A DNA stretch of 64,000 bases from Rhynchobatus australiae (taxonomy: Eukaryota), in the NCBI GenBank assembly GCA_034780895.1, contig JAUZTB010000001.1, positions 135,619,794 to 135,683,793 on the forward strand, given 5' to 3'. The notes under the pieces are model-generated. The model was not told the DNA's origin. It did not search any database and saw nothing but the letters and a program-made list of their open reading frames with translations. Positions within the stretch are counted from its first letter, which is position 1, and each line of letters starts with the position of its first letter. Shown piece after piece: positions 52,236 through 64,000 of this stretch. The position numbers and the translations under genes were made by a program.

Positions 52236-53454
52236 AATTCATGTAGTTATAAACAAATATTAAACAGTCTCCAAGATACAACTGAAAGAACAGAAGAATT
52301 CTTAAAAATCTGATGGCATTCTGATCGAAGAAACAAAAAAATCAGAACATTACTCAAACTCACAATAGGCTCAAATTGGTGAAAGATAAATTTAGAATTG
52401 ATGCAAGTCAGAAGGTAGAATCCCCTACACCTGGCTCTCCCTACCCCCAAAATATTACCTAAACTCCATGGCAACAGCCTTGCCATTTGTGGATAGGAGG
52501 GGAAATGGTTTTTAGCCTAAACTAAGCTCCAGTTGGTCAAACTGATTTATTGTTTACTTGACTGTTACAGAACTACATGCAAGAAAAGTCTCAAGTCTTG
52601 ACAAGCAAGGTTACACCTCATGACTTGGAAATAGAGCTTCATTCATATCCATTTTATGAAGTACAAACCAGGATGAAAGGTGTAGCCCTGTCCAGGAATG
52701 AAGGAAATGACTAAAGTCATGCAAAGCACATTCAAAGTTATCATTTGGTTACCTTTTGCTATTAAGAGGTCAGCTAGTTCTGGCCAGGTTTTTGTTTTTA
52801 GATCAACAGCGATAAAGTCAACAGTATGTTCTTCCTGCCGGGAAACTTCAAAACAATGCATACTTGTTCTGAGAATAAGATGTCCAATTTAAATAAATAT
52901 GGTAGGTGTTTTGCCAGTGGGAAAATCCACTGAAACAACTGCAAACTGTACACCTCCCCACCAAACCAAAGTATATCTCAATCTCATGACTTAATGTACA
53001 CTCAACTCATTTACGAAAGAGATAAATCTCTGCCAAGTCCTGCAAAATGGGTTGTACTTCACACAGCGACAATTCAGTGGCTATATTGGCAGTCCAAATA
53101 CTACAATTATATTTCTATTTTCTTCCTCTGCATTCTAACATAGTTTTGTAATGAATGGATGCAATTGGATACAGGAAGACAGAAGGTGGTGAAGGGACTT
53201 ATTCAGGCTGGAGGCCTGACATAATTTACCTTTTCTCCAAGCACTTTTACTTAATAATGCAGCTTAAAGAGATAAAAGGCTCGTCATAAATAGAGCCCAC
53301 ACTACCAACACATCCATTTGGAAATAATGACAACTTAAAGTTCAAATCTGAGAAATTCGTGCAATTGGATTGCTGAACAATCTTTTCCCACTTGCATACT
53401 GATCAGCAAGGTGCACAGCTGAATTTGAGGAGGATGCTACATAGTCCCTCCCAT

Positions 53455-53670
53455 TTTTAAAAATTTTATTTACAGCATGGTAACAGGCCCTTCTAGCCCA
53501 ACGAATCAGTGCCACCCATGTTAACCTACCCATATATCTTTGGAATGTGGGAGGAAACCCACGCAGACGTGGGAGAACGTACAAACTCCTTGCAGATAGC
53601 AACATGAATTGAACCCTGATCACTGGTGCTGTAATAGTGTCATGCTAACTACTACACTACTGTGCCACCT
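53455..53670 (-). mobile_element. HE1/V-SINE-type SINE
   Basis: tctttggaatgtgggaggaaacccacgcagacgtgggagaacgtacaaactcctt...gaattgaaccc...ctggtgctgtaatag...gctaactactacactactgtgcc. Another partial copy lies at ~62420-62555 (+). Confidence 0.85.
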
Positions 53671-55506
53671 TTGACAGAATCAAACTTTTCGCCAAGGTTG
53701 AAAGGGGCAACAAATAGTGACTCATGTTGCTTCCTACTGTGTATCACTGTTCAACAATAAAGGTTTACAAAACACTAGAAAGCATGGACCACTTTCCATA
53801 TTTCAGGAGCTGCCTTGATGAAAGTCATCATTGCCTTCAGTACTCTTGCACAGCTTTTGTAGATTGAGGAAGGTGGTGTTTTAAAATTAAGAACTCAGAC
53901 CTGATAAAACTCAATCTACCACATTAATGGTAGTAATCTCTGCTCTAGTCTGAGTGGTCACCTGGCCAGGGATTCACACAGCTAATGAGGATGTTATTTT
54001 CTCTTTCTCCCCCTTCCCACCACCCCCACCCCCCAAAGCAGCTTTATCATCCCCCTGTAATCCCTTTGTGATGGTTTAGAGCAGGGTACCAGTTTTGGGA
54101 GTGTTGTGCAGACAAGTGACATGGCCTGCCCACTGCAAGTTATAACCAGGGCCTCGGTGCTAAGGGATGTTGGCCCAGGAGAGTATGGTAACATTGGTTC
54201 ACTTATCCTGCCAATTTCTAGAGATCGATCTGTAGAGCACTCTCCAGTACAATGCATGACTGTGCATTGCATGATTATTGACATCATTAAATGGCCAGAC
54301 ACTGGGGAAGTACCAGTCCCTGCCTGAAATGGAGACACAAGAGACTGCAGATAGGTCTGGGCCAATTTCACAGTTGGAATGATTTCACCTGGAATGCATT
54401 CCAATCGCAGTCAGATTTTGAGTATATAGCAAAAAAGTTCGATGCAACCCAAATACTAGCTCATTTTCTGGAAACTGAAGCTGTTTTAAAGGGGCAGCAT
54501 CAGTTCAGTAGGAGCTTTTGGTACCACAGCTCTCCAAGATACCAAGGAATGTTTGCACTGTAGATGGCACCTCTGTACCAGTTAAGCTTGCAATACATTT
54601 ATCCACTTTCATGTTACAATTTAGCACTGATGGTAATGCTGATATACTGGTGCTGCTAGACCCGCACTGGTGATACAGGCTCCGAATGGGTGTTCCATGC
54701 AGACAGTTTGGATTTCAGTGTGGAGCTAGCTTTCATATTGGCAGCACTAATTATCATGGAAGTGAAAGTTTCTCTCTCCTTGGTGCAATCTGGTGTTTTA
54801 AAAAACATGTTGATGCTACAGCTTCAGAATTTTGATAGGGTTTGGCAAATGTAAAAAGGTAGGAATAGAGAAGGGGAAGGTGACAAGCAAAATAGCCAAG
54901 TCAGATAGGCCAACAATAGTTATATTAAATTAAGAATTACAACTGATTGGTCATTGTGGATTCTATAAATGGACCATCAAGTTCAATGATAAACTCGAGC
55001 TCTGGGATATTGCCACATTGCAACAGAAGTAAAACTAATTAAATAAGTTAAAAAAAATCAGAACCACCGAGATTTCTGGAAATGTTTGCTCAGAGATCTG
55101 TAAAAGTTTGCTTGGAAACAGACATCCTCTCTTCCTGTAATTTAGCAGCTTGGAGAGGAAATCCTTTCAAATGACTCAGAAGTTTTACAAATTATAAACA
55201 TCATTTGGGGTTATTCCAAAAGTATAAAACACATCAATTCCAAAACACATACAAATCAACCATCCACAGCTCTCAAAATGCAATCCAAAAGCTTTTCAAT
55301 TTTACTTGCTATACGTTTAAATAAAATGCTCATTTCTCTGTATTAGATTTAACAGATGCCCACAGGAACAAGATTTTTTGTTTTAAAATGTACAATTACG
55401 TCCCCTAAATAGATAACTTGATTTTCAGACATTCCTTCAAGACACAAGACACAATGTAATTTGCTATTGTTGTGGAGGTAATACTGTGGTCAGTGAGGTG
55501 GCCGGG

Positions 55507-56207
55507 TGTTACGGACTAGGACTATTAGTGAGTGTCCCTTTAAGATAGTGTGTGTGGCACATCAACAGAAGATAAAGAACGTCATGACACTGTTGTTGAA
55601 ACAACCAGAGTCAGTCTGAAGAAGAGACAAGAACAAGAGAGCGACACCAGCCTGCTTGTTTTCTCTATCGATGGATGAGAAACAATAACAGTGACTGTCA
55701 CTACAATCCACGTATGGATTGTTGAGAGTAATCTGGTGGAGTTCACTTTGTCTGTAACCTGAGGAGGAAAACAGGTAGTTGGTGTGAACGGCCATGGCAC
55801 GGATGCTCTAGGGTGTGGCAGACACGTCGAAATGGTGTTCACTTGGTTGTTGACCTGAAGAAAATTTGTAGTTGGTGTGGACGGCCATGATACTCTATTT
55901 TCTCTCTGCATCTACGTTTTATCTCCAGACAATGGTGGTGGTTGAAGAAGCCTTTACTCATGTTTCACCTTATGGCTTGCTGAACTGAACTTTAAGAACC
56001 AGTCCTGGACGTGGAGTTTGGGAATTTGCCACACACACACGACGTTTGGTTAGTTTTGGGGGTTAATGTTTGGGTTTAACATTTTTACTTCTAACATCCT
56101 AACATTTTTACTTTTACTTTACTTATTATCATAAGTAGTTATTAATAAAGTAGTTTTTAATACTTATACATGTTTCGGTGTGTTTCTTTTGTTGCTGGTT
56201 CGTAACA
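55507..56207 (+). mobile_element. LTR (701 bp) of an LTR retrotransposon (Gypsy or BEL/Pao-like; no internal coding region seen)
   Basis: Begins TGTTACG and ends CGTAACA (7-bp inverted termini, TG...CA). AATAAA lies ~60 bp before the 3' end. Internal repeat gtagttggtgtg(a/g)acggccatg x2. A second 3' copy is at 57254-57434. Confidence 0.8.
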
Positions 56208-57253
56208 CATGCAACACCCACACAGACAGCACCTGAGGTCGGGATTGAACCCAGTCTGCTGCATCCCATGTTTATGTTTGTAGCTCAATCAGCTTTTAAG
56301 CTTTGCGTTTTCTAAATTACATTTGACTTTTGTGTTGTCAGGTAGCAGACTTTGGAAATAACTGTGTGCTTTGTTACAAGAATGCTTAGTGTTTTGGTCT
56401 CAAATTTCTGTATGCATTATTCAAACAGAATAAATGTAGGGGGTTGCATTAATGAATATCCAATAATTAGGGGTTTTATTGAATTAAATAAAGTTGAAAT
56501 CCACTAAGCAAGTATAATTGGTATTTTGCATCATTAAGTTATAGAATGAACCCTTCCATAATGGAATTAAGATTAAAGGCATCCAACTCTTTCTAGATCA
56601 AGATTTAGGCTATGTTAAAAAAAACATGGTTGGGATCAAAGAGAAATTGCTTAACAAAGACAGAATTGTTTTAAATCTTCCCAGTTCGTTTATGTATGGG
56701 CATCAAAATAATAATTTAGCTCCATAAATTAAAATTAATTTTGCCATCAGGAGACACAATAAATTTTATAGTGATTACAGATTTGATCTCATTGCAGTTA
56801 CCAAGGGCCACTTTCGCGAATTACAAACCATGCCAGGTTACAGTAACTTGTGGTAAATGACACGATTCTGTTACATTCCTCAAAATCAAATGGATTCATT
56901 GGGATGTATTACACACAGATCAAAGCTGAGCAAGTGCACTTCATCTTGAGCATTGTTTTCAGGGTTGATCAATAAGCATTTGGAAGGATATTTTGGTGTT
57001 GATGGGAGTACGATACAATCTCACTGGAGTTTAAGGACTTGCATAAACCAGACCTGCTTTCTCCTGTTTAAGAGGTTGAGGGGTGATCCAATCAAAGTAT
57101 TTCAAATGATAAATAGCGAGATGCAGAGAACCAATTTCCTCTGTTGTGGGCNNNNNNNNNNNNNNNNNNNNNNNNNNNNNNNNNNNNNNNNNNNNNNNNN
57201 NNNNNNNNNNNNNNNNNNNNNNNNNNNNNNNNNNNNNNNNNNNNNNNNNNNTG

Positions 57254-57434
57254 TACGTGGAGTTTGGGAATTTGCCACACACACACAAGTTTAGTTAGTT
57301 TTTGGGGTTAATGTTCAAGGTTTAACATTTTTACTTCTAACATTCTTTACTTATTATCATCATAAGTAGTTATTAATAAAGTAGTTTTTAAACACTTATA
57401 CATGTCTTGGTGTGTTTCTTTTGTTGCTGTAACA
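57254..57434 (+). mobile_element. 3' part of a second copy of the same LTR (5' part lost in the N gap)
   Basis: Aligns with 56010-56207 (acgtggagtttgggaatttgccacacacacac...attaataaagtagtttttaa...ttgttgct...gtaaca) with several indels; followed by CCGGG. Confidence 0.85.
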
Positions 57435-58549
57435 CCGGGATAGGATACTCAGGGAGACTGGAAACACTCAGTAGGGCAAGTCAGTAACAAGAAAGACAAG
57501 TTAAGGGTTTCGGATAGACCTACATCAATTCTGACAGAATATAGCAAAATGAACTTTTTGCTGAGCCGAGGCCTCACCAGCATCTGAGGTGCAGAACTGA
57601 CTGCTGGCTGACCACATCCTGATCTGAACACTGAGGCCCTACCTTATACCAGGACTTGGTACCAAGTAGTTCGGCCATGTGGGCTGGTCTGAAACATCCT
57701 CATCCATGAAACTGCTAAGAAAGCCTTTGACAGAATAAAGTGACACCCTCATCTTTTCCATCTGTCAAAGTTTTGTGCTTCCAGAGGCATTTGAAAACTC
57801 AAAACATTAATTTAAAAACTCCAAATACATTTAACTTGGAAAAAGTATGGTTAACAATTAAAATGCAACTTTCCTTATTCTTTCTATTTTTCCTTCCAGT
57901 CATAAAATATCCAGTGGGCTAATGGATTGGCAGATACACCAGAGTAAATGCTGGGAAACCTCCACAACTTCATGCTTCCTCCTTCATAACCTACTTGGAT
58001 TTCTGCAGGGAATTTTGCGCTGCTACAGGACTCAGGTTTGAGATTTCTGTATTTAGATATACAAAGTATTGAACTCACTGTCACGTATACAGGTTGTCAG
58101 ACCTGGTCTCATTTCTCAGCAGGATTCAACATTCCTACTTTTCAAAATTGACCCTTAGTGCATAAAGTAAAACGTTTAGGACAAGCTCCAGTAATTTATT
58201 TTTGCAAGTTTAAGATCAAAGCCTCTCTTAAAAGACTTGCATTCATTTATTCTGTTCTATGTTCTATGTAGATATTGGCCAACTTGTTGTGTAATACCCA
58301 CATTTTCTGTCCTAGTTCAGATTTCCTCTATCTGCAGCACTTTGCTCCAGAAATAATGGATACTTGGATCTGTCAGAAGCCCAAAAGAGTCCAAGGAGGA
58401 AAGAAGGGAGGATAAGGACAATTAAATGCCTGCTTTATCTTTTGGGTGAGCTTACTTCAGTTGATATCAATCTTGACCAAATCAGAATACTGCAGATTTA
58501 ATAACAAGTGTTCAGAATTAATTAGGTAATTAATTTTTAACCTTTCCGT

Positions 58550-59665
58550 TTCAGAGGCTCCTGCCTGCTTTAAGACAACCACCATCATCCTGGTACCTAA
58601 GAAAAACAAGGTAACATGCCTTAATGACTACCACCCGGTGGCTCTGACATCCACCATCAAAGTGCTTCAAGAGGCTAGTCATGGCACGCATCAACTCCAG
58701 CCTCCCAGGAGTCCTTGAACCACTGCAATTCGCCTATTGCCGAAAACAAGTCCTACAGCAGACACCATCTCACTGGCCCTACACTCAGCTCTGGAGCATG
58801 TGGACAGTAAAGCAACCCATGTTAGACCAGTATTTATTGACTACAGTTCTGCCTTCGATACTATAATTCCAAACAAACTCATTTCTAAACTCCTAAACCT
58901 GTGACTGAACACCTCCCTTTGCAACTGGATCCTTGACTTCCTGACCAACCAGACTGCAATCAGTAAGATAGGTAGCAACACCTCTGCCATGATTCTCAAC
59001 ACTGATGCCCCATAAGGCTGTGTCCTCAGCCCCCTACTCTACTCCCTATGCACTCACAACTGTGGCCAGATTCTGCTCTAACTCCCATCTACAAATTTGC
59101 AGATGATACCACCTCAGTGGGCTGTATCTGAAGAGGAGTAAAGGAAGAAGATAGAGCACCTAGTGATATGGTGTCATGACGACAACCTTTCCCTCAACGT
59201 CAGCAAAACAAAAGAGCCAGTCATTGACTTTAGGAAGGGGGTGGTGCACATGCTTCTGTTACATTAACTGTGCTGAGGTCGAGAGGGTTGAGAGTTTCAA
59301 GTTCTTATAGTCTGTCCTGGTCCACCCATGTTGATGTCACGTCCAAGAAACCTCACCAGTGCCTCTACTTCAAGGCTAAGGAAATTTGACCCTCAATTTT
59401 TACTGGTGCATCATAGAAAGCATCCTATCCAGATGCATCACAGAAAACAACCTCCCCTCCAAGGAATCTGTCTAAAATTGTCACTGCATTGGTAAAGCAG
59501 CCAGGATAATCAAAGACCCCACCCACCCTCTCTTCACCCCCACACCCCCACTGGGGAGAAGACAAGCCTGAAACCACATACCACAAGATTCAAGGACAAC
59601 TTCTCTCCTGCTAAGACTACTGAACAGTTCCCTAGTAAAATAAGATGGACTCTTGGCCTCAATGC
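58550..59665 (+). mobile_element. Rex1/Babar-clade LINE reverse transcriptase, frameshifted
   Basis: [80 protein letters not shown] and LNVSKTKE motifs. Confidence 0.92.
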
Positions 59666-60527
59666 NNNNNNNNNNNNNNNNNNNNNNNNNNNNNNNNNNN
59701 NNNNNNNNNNNNNNNNNNNNNNNNNNNNNNNNNNNNNNNNNNNNNNNNNNNNNNNNNNNNNNNNNNNNNNNNNNNNNNNNNNNNNNNNNNNNNNNNNNNN
59801 NNNNNNNNNNNNNNNNNNNNNNNNNNNNNNNNNNNNNNNNNNNNNNNNNNNNNNNNNNNNNNNNNNNNNNNNNNNNNNNNNNNNNNNNNNNNNNNNNNNN
59901 NNNNNNNNNNNNNNNNNNNNNNNNNNNNNNNNNNNNNNNNNNNNNNNNNNNNNNNNNNNNNNNNNNNNNNNNNNNNNNNNNNNNNNNNNNNNNNNNNNNN
60001 NNNNNNNNNNNNNNNNNNNNNNNNNNNNNNNNNNNNNNNNNNNNNNNNNNNNNNNNNNNNNNNNNNNNNNNNNNNNNNNNNNNNNNNNNNNNNNNNNNNN
60101 NNNNNNNNNNNNNNNNNNNNNNNNNNNNNNNNNNNNNNNNNNNNNNNNNNNNNNNNNNNNNNNNNNNNNNNNNNNNNNNNNNNNNNNNNNNNNNNNTAAA
60201 AAGTGCAGTGTCTTGCTCCATGACAAAAACCCTTTGTTTGCTTCTTTCACAACATCCAGCTTACAAAACTGAATTTTAGTGCATTCCCATAAACCATTGT
60301 CACTGATAAAGAACATGAACTTTTTTTGAAAAGTATATACAAAAGGTTACTGATATTTCAGTTTGACAAAAATGTGAACAAAATTCCTGAATCTCATGTG
60401 ATAAAAATGAAGCCTACTTAAGTCATTAGAATTCATTGATTTGGCCTGCAATACAAAGAGACATTTTTGTGCATCATTTAAAAACCACAATAAAACAATG
60501 GGAAGCATTTGAAAATCCTGTACTAGC

Positions 60528-60719
60528 CTTTTGCTCTTCACGTTCAGTAGCATGATGACACTTTTCAATTTTCCACTCCCGAAGAAAATCCCTGAGGTAG
60601 CCAAACAACGTAAGAATTCCGTATCCCATGTAGGTCAACACAGCAACGAGCATAGGAGTTTGCTCAAAGGATTGATTAAATGGCTTTTTGTACAGTCCTC
60701 CATTCTGCGCAATATGAAT
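60528..60719 (-). CDS. SPTLC2: SPTLC2 internal exon (human exon 2 equivalent), 192 nt, includes the N-terminal hydrophobic segment
   Basis: Translates [64 protein letters not shown]. The [22 protein letters not shown] and [12 protein letters not shown] motifs match SPTLC2 rather than SPTLC3. Acceptor ttctgttccag|; donor AAG|gctagt (GC). Confidence 0.93.
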
Positions 60720-61529
60720 CTGGAACAGAAAAGTCACACATACACCATGAATGTATTGCTGTTTAGTAGTATTCAATTTTCAGTGCAGGAAAGGTTCACC
60801 CTCAAGAGAACCATTGGGATTTCCATATGTAGCTGTTAAGACTAACTGTAATTACAACTTATATGTATCATTGCAGCTCAACTGCAATTTTCCATTAAGA
60901 CCATGAAGTGACTTGGGTATCAATCAGAACAGGGAGTGCTACCCAATATTCGTTTGCTTGAGCCAGAATGGACAAGATTTCAGTAAATTTGCTTACATCC
61001 ATTACTGAATTTTAAAAATTAATGTTAGGAAGCTGTTCCAATTTAGGGCATGGACACATTGGATCATTTTTCAATATTAGAGCGAAGTTGCTCAATCCAG
61101 ACCACTGCCAGATGATTTAAGTAACAATTTTAGATCAGTTTTAATGACTTTTATAGTCCTACAAGGTTCAACAAGTCTTACTGGATTCAAGTGCTCAGAA
61201 TTACTCTTGATACTCAAAGCACTCAAGATAGCTTTATGGGAAAGTTTTCACCAAAAACATTTTGACATAAATATAATAAGTATATCCCAAGTATTTTCTT
61301 AGCACTCTTGAACTGTAATGTCATTTGCAGAATCATATTTCAACACTGCCTCAGATTTAGATAATTTGTTGCACAAAATGGAAACTGATCACAATCAAAG
61401 TTATACAGAAGCAAGCATTTAACAGCTTCACAGACTTCATCCATTTTAAGAAAGCAAACTATGAAGATTAGCCAAGATATTTATGTAGCATTTATGTCTC
61501 CAACAGCTCTCCCAAGTTGCCTTGATTGA

Positions 61530-61974
61530 ACAACTCTTACAAGTTTCTATAGATGTACAGTGGAGAGCATTCTGACTGGTTGCATCATAGCCTGGTATAG
61601 AGCCTCCAATGCACAGGATCACAAGAGGCTGCAGAGGGTTATAGACTCAGCCAACTTCATCATGGGTTCAACCCTGCCCATCAACAGGTAATCTTTAAGA
61701 GGGAGTTCATCAAGGCAGCAGCATCCAGAACATGCCCTCTTCTCATTACTAACATCAGGGAGGTGGGTACACAAGCCTGAAGATCTATACACAAAATTTC
61801 AGGAACAGCTTTTTTTCCCCTCTGCCATCAGATTTCTAAACAATCCATGAATCCGTGAACACTACCTCATTATTCCTTTTTCTTGGTCTGTAATTTATAG
61901 AGGTCTTTGTACTGTACTGCTACCACAAAAAACCCAAATTTCATATCTTGTCAGTGATAATAAATCTGATTCTG
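61530..61974 (+). mobile_element. Rex1/Babar-type LINE 3' end
   Basis: FYRCTVESILTGCIIAWY...KRLQRVIDSA remnant; ends gtcagtgataataaatctgattctg. Confidence 0.85.
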
Positions 61975-63039
61975 GTACCCAAATTGAGATCACAATTAAA
62001 GAGCAAAACCAAAGCAGTCAGTTAAGTAGAACATTCAAAATATATTTGAAACAAAGGGAGTGTATAGTGCTTTGAGGTAAGGTTTTTGGCATTAAAAGCC
62101 AAGAAAGTTCAATGTATACATTTACAACTAGATATTCCTGATGAGCTTGCAGCATTGTCTATCCAGCGATTTCAAACACCGCTCTAGACCCAGCCAAGTC
62201 TTGCTTTAGAGACAAGAAATTCTGCAAATGTGGCCTTCCTGGACACTTGTCTCTGCCTCCATTTTGTGCTGCACGGCTTCCAGCTCTGCTTCCAGGCCTC
62301 CCATTTCACCCCAAAGATCTCATACCTGCATTCTCCTCTCCCATCCTTTAGTCCATGGTCCACTGCCCTCTCCTACCAGATTCCTCCTCCAATGCTGTAA
62401 AAGTACAGCATCCTTTTCCCATATACACTGTACGTTATCCCCGTGTCTGCATGGGTTTTGTCCTCTATTCCAAAGATGTGCTGGTTAGTAGGTTAACATG
62501 GGTTTAAATGGGCAATGCAGATTCGTTGGGCCAGAACCGCCTGTTACTGTACATAAAAAGTTTAAGACTTGAGTGGAAAGCAATGAGCACCTTCCTCCAC
62601 CTGAAGGAAGGTGATGTATACTCACTACTTGCCTGGATGAAATAAAATTCCAATCACAATCTCCAACATTCAGGAACCTCTACATCCAGGGCACTTAAGT
62701 AACCCACTGCCAAGCACCCAAAACATGCAAGTTCTTCCACTATTGGTGGCTGCAATGTGCACACCAAGTACTGCAGCAGCTTCTGAAGGCTTCAACAGAA
62801 TCTCCCAAACCCACAACCTTCAATACCTGCAAACAACAGTATCCCCATATCATCACCTGATAATAGATCAGCTCTCCCACCACCCCAACACCACCTCTTC
62901 ATTGCTGGGTCACACAGGAATTCCCAGCAGCAGTGTGGATTTACCTTCACCGCAGGGACTGCAGCAGTTTAAGGTGAATGCAGATAAAAGGCTGCAGTTG
63001 CTGTAATCTGGAGTTTAGCATGGGGGAGGGGTGGGGGAG

Positions 63040-64000
63040 GAAAATATGAGCAAAAATGGAGGAAATGAGAAAGAGGGCGACATTAACCACAGTAAAAGTA
63101 AAGCCACATTTCAAATATCCTGGAATGGAATACCACATTTTGAGAGCACAGGTGGTAGAGATAGAAACTAGGAGAAACATGGCATCCTACAAGAGACAGG
63201 GTGAGATGAGATGTAGTCAAGGTAGCTATGGGAGTCATAGGGTTTAAGCCAAATGTCATTGGATAGTGTATCTCGAGATGGTGATGATATCCAGAAAAGA
63301 GAGATGTGTCAGAAATGGTCCAAGTGAATTTGAGCACAGGATGGAAGTTAGTAGTGAAGGTGGTAAAAATGACGAGTTCCACAAGTGCAAGAAACAACAC
63401 CAATGCAGTCATCGATAAAGTTGAGAGAGTGGTACCAGAGAGGGTCTGGAACAAAGATTGTTTCACGTAACCAACAAAAAAGACAGGCCCATGCAAGTGA
63501 CTGGGGACACACCTTTGATTTATAGCGAGGGGAATCAAGAGAAGTTGTTCAGGGCAAGAACAAGTTCAGCCACGTGGATGAGAGTGTTAGTGGAGGGGAA
63601 CTAGCTGGATTTTTGTTGCAGAAAGCAGAGACCTTTAAGACCTGATGGGGGATAGAGATATAAAGACTGAACATCCAGTGAAGAAGAGGCAATGGAGGTC
63701 AGGGAATCAGAAGTTGTCAAAATGGTGGTGGGCATGAGGTGTCCCAAATATAGTGGGTAAGGACTGGACAAGGGAGACAGGATAGAGTCAAGGTACAAAG
63801 TGATAAGTTCAGTGGAACAAGAGCAGGTAAAAAACAGTGGGCCGACCAGGTAAATCCTGTTTGTGGATCTTGGGTAAGAGATGGGTGTGGGAAGTGCAGT
63901 GTTGGAGCACTCTCAGGCTGGAGGCTATGGAGGAGAGATCGCCTAGCATGATGAGATCTTTGATAGAGAAGACAGTGGCCTGGAGTTAGTTGGTGAGGTC
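63040..64000 (-). mobile_element. Penelope-like element reverse transcriptase remnant (runs off the window end)
   Basis: Frameshifted YLDSILSPL, SLDVQSLY, FFVGYVKQSLFQ and FTTNFHPVLKFTWTISDTSL motifs typical of Penelope RT. Confidence 0.85.

Noticed and set aside
60528-60719. Assignment of the gene as SPTLC3
   Set aside because: Exon 2 ([32 protein letters not shown]) plus [26 protein letters not shown] and GGKK match SPTLC2-specific states.

Overview
Vertebrate genomic DNA from a gapped draft assembly. The repeat content (HE1/V-type SINEs, CR1, Rex1/Babar, Penelope, Deu-domain SINEs) points to a cartilaginous fish (shark or ray). The only protein-coding gene I can support is SPTLC2 (serine palmitoyltransferase long-chain base subunit 2) on the minus strand. 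Eight consecutive internal coding exons are readable, numbered 2-9 by analogy to human SPTLC2, with consistent phases: 60719-60528, 49549-49395, 44252-44104, 41521-41397, 38815-38722, 34036-33931, 29277-29058 and 22907-22676. Exon 1 lies beyond base 64000. Exons 10-12 were not found, so 1-22675 is most likely one long intron unless an exon is hidden in an N gap. Most listed ORFs are N-gap artefacts, decayed retroelement fragments or chance ORFs. Points of interest: a GC donor after exon 2; a false 100-N gap splitting exon 9; Penelope-derived elements with decayed minimal hammerhead-ribozyme cores, including a palindromic double-core unit; two LTR copies whose CCGGG target-site duplication spans host-like DNA; an unexplained ~125-bp duplicated intronic element; and a repeat-poor, CpG-retaining block in intron 9 that may be regulatory. 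Repeat boundaries are approximate and family names come from motif recognition, not database searches.
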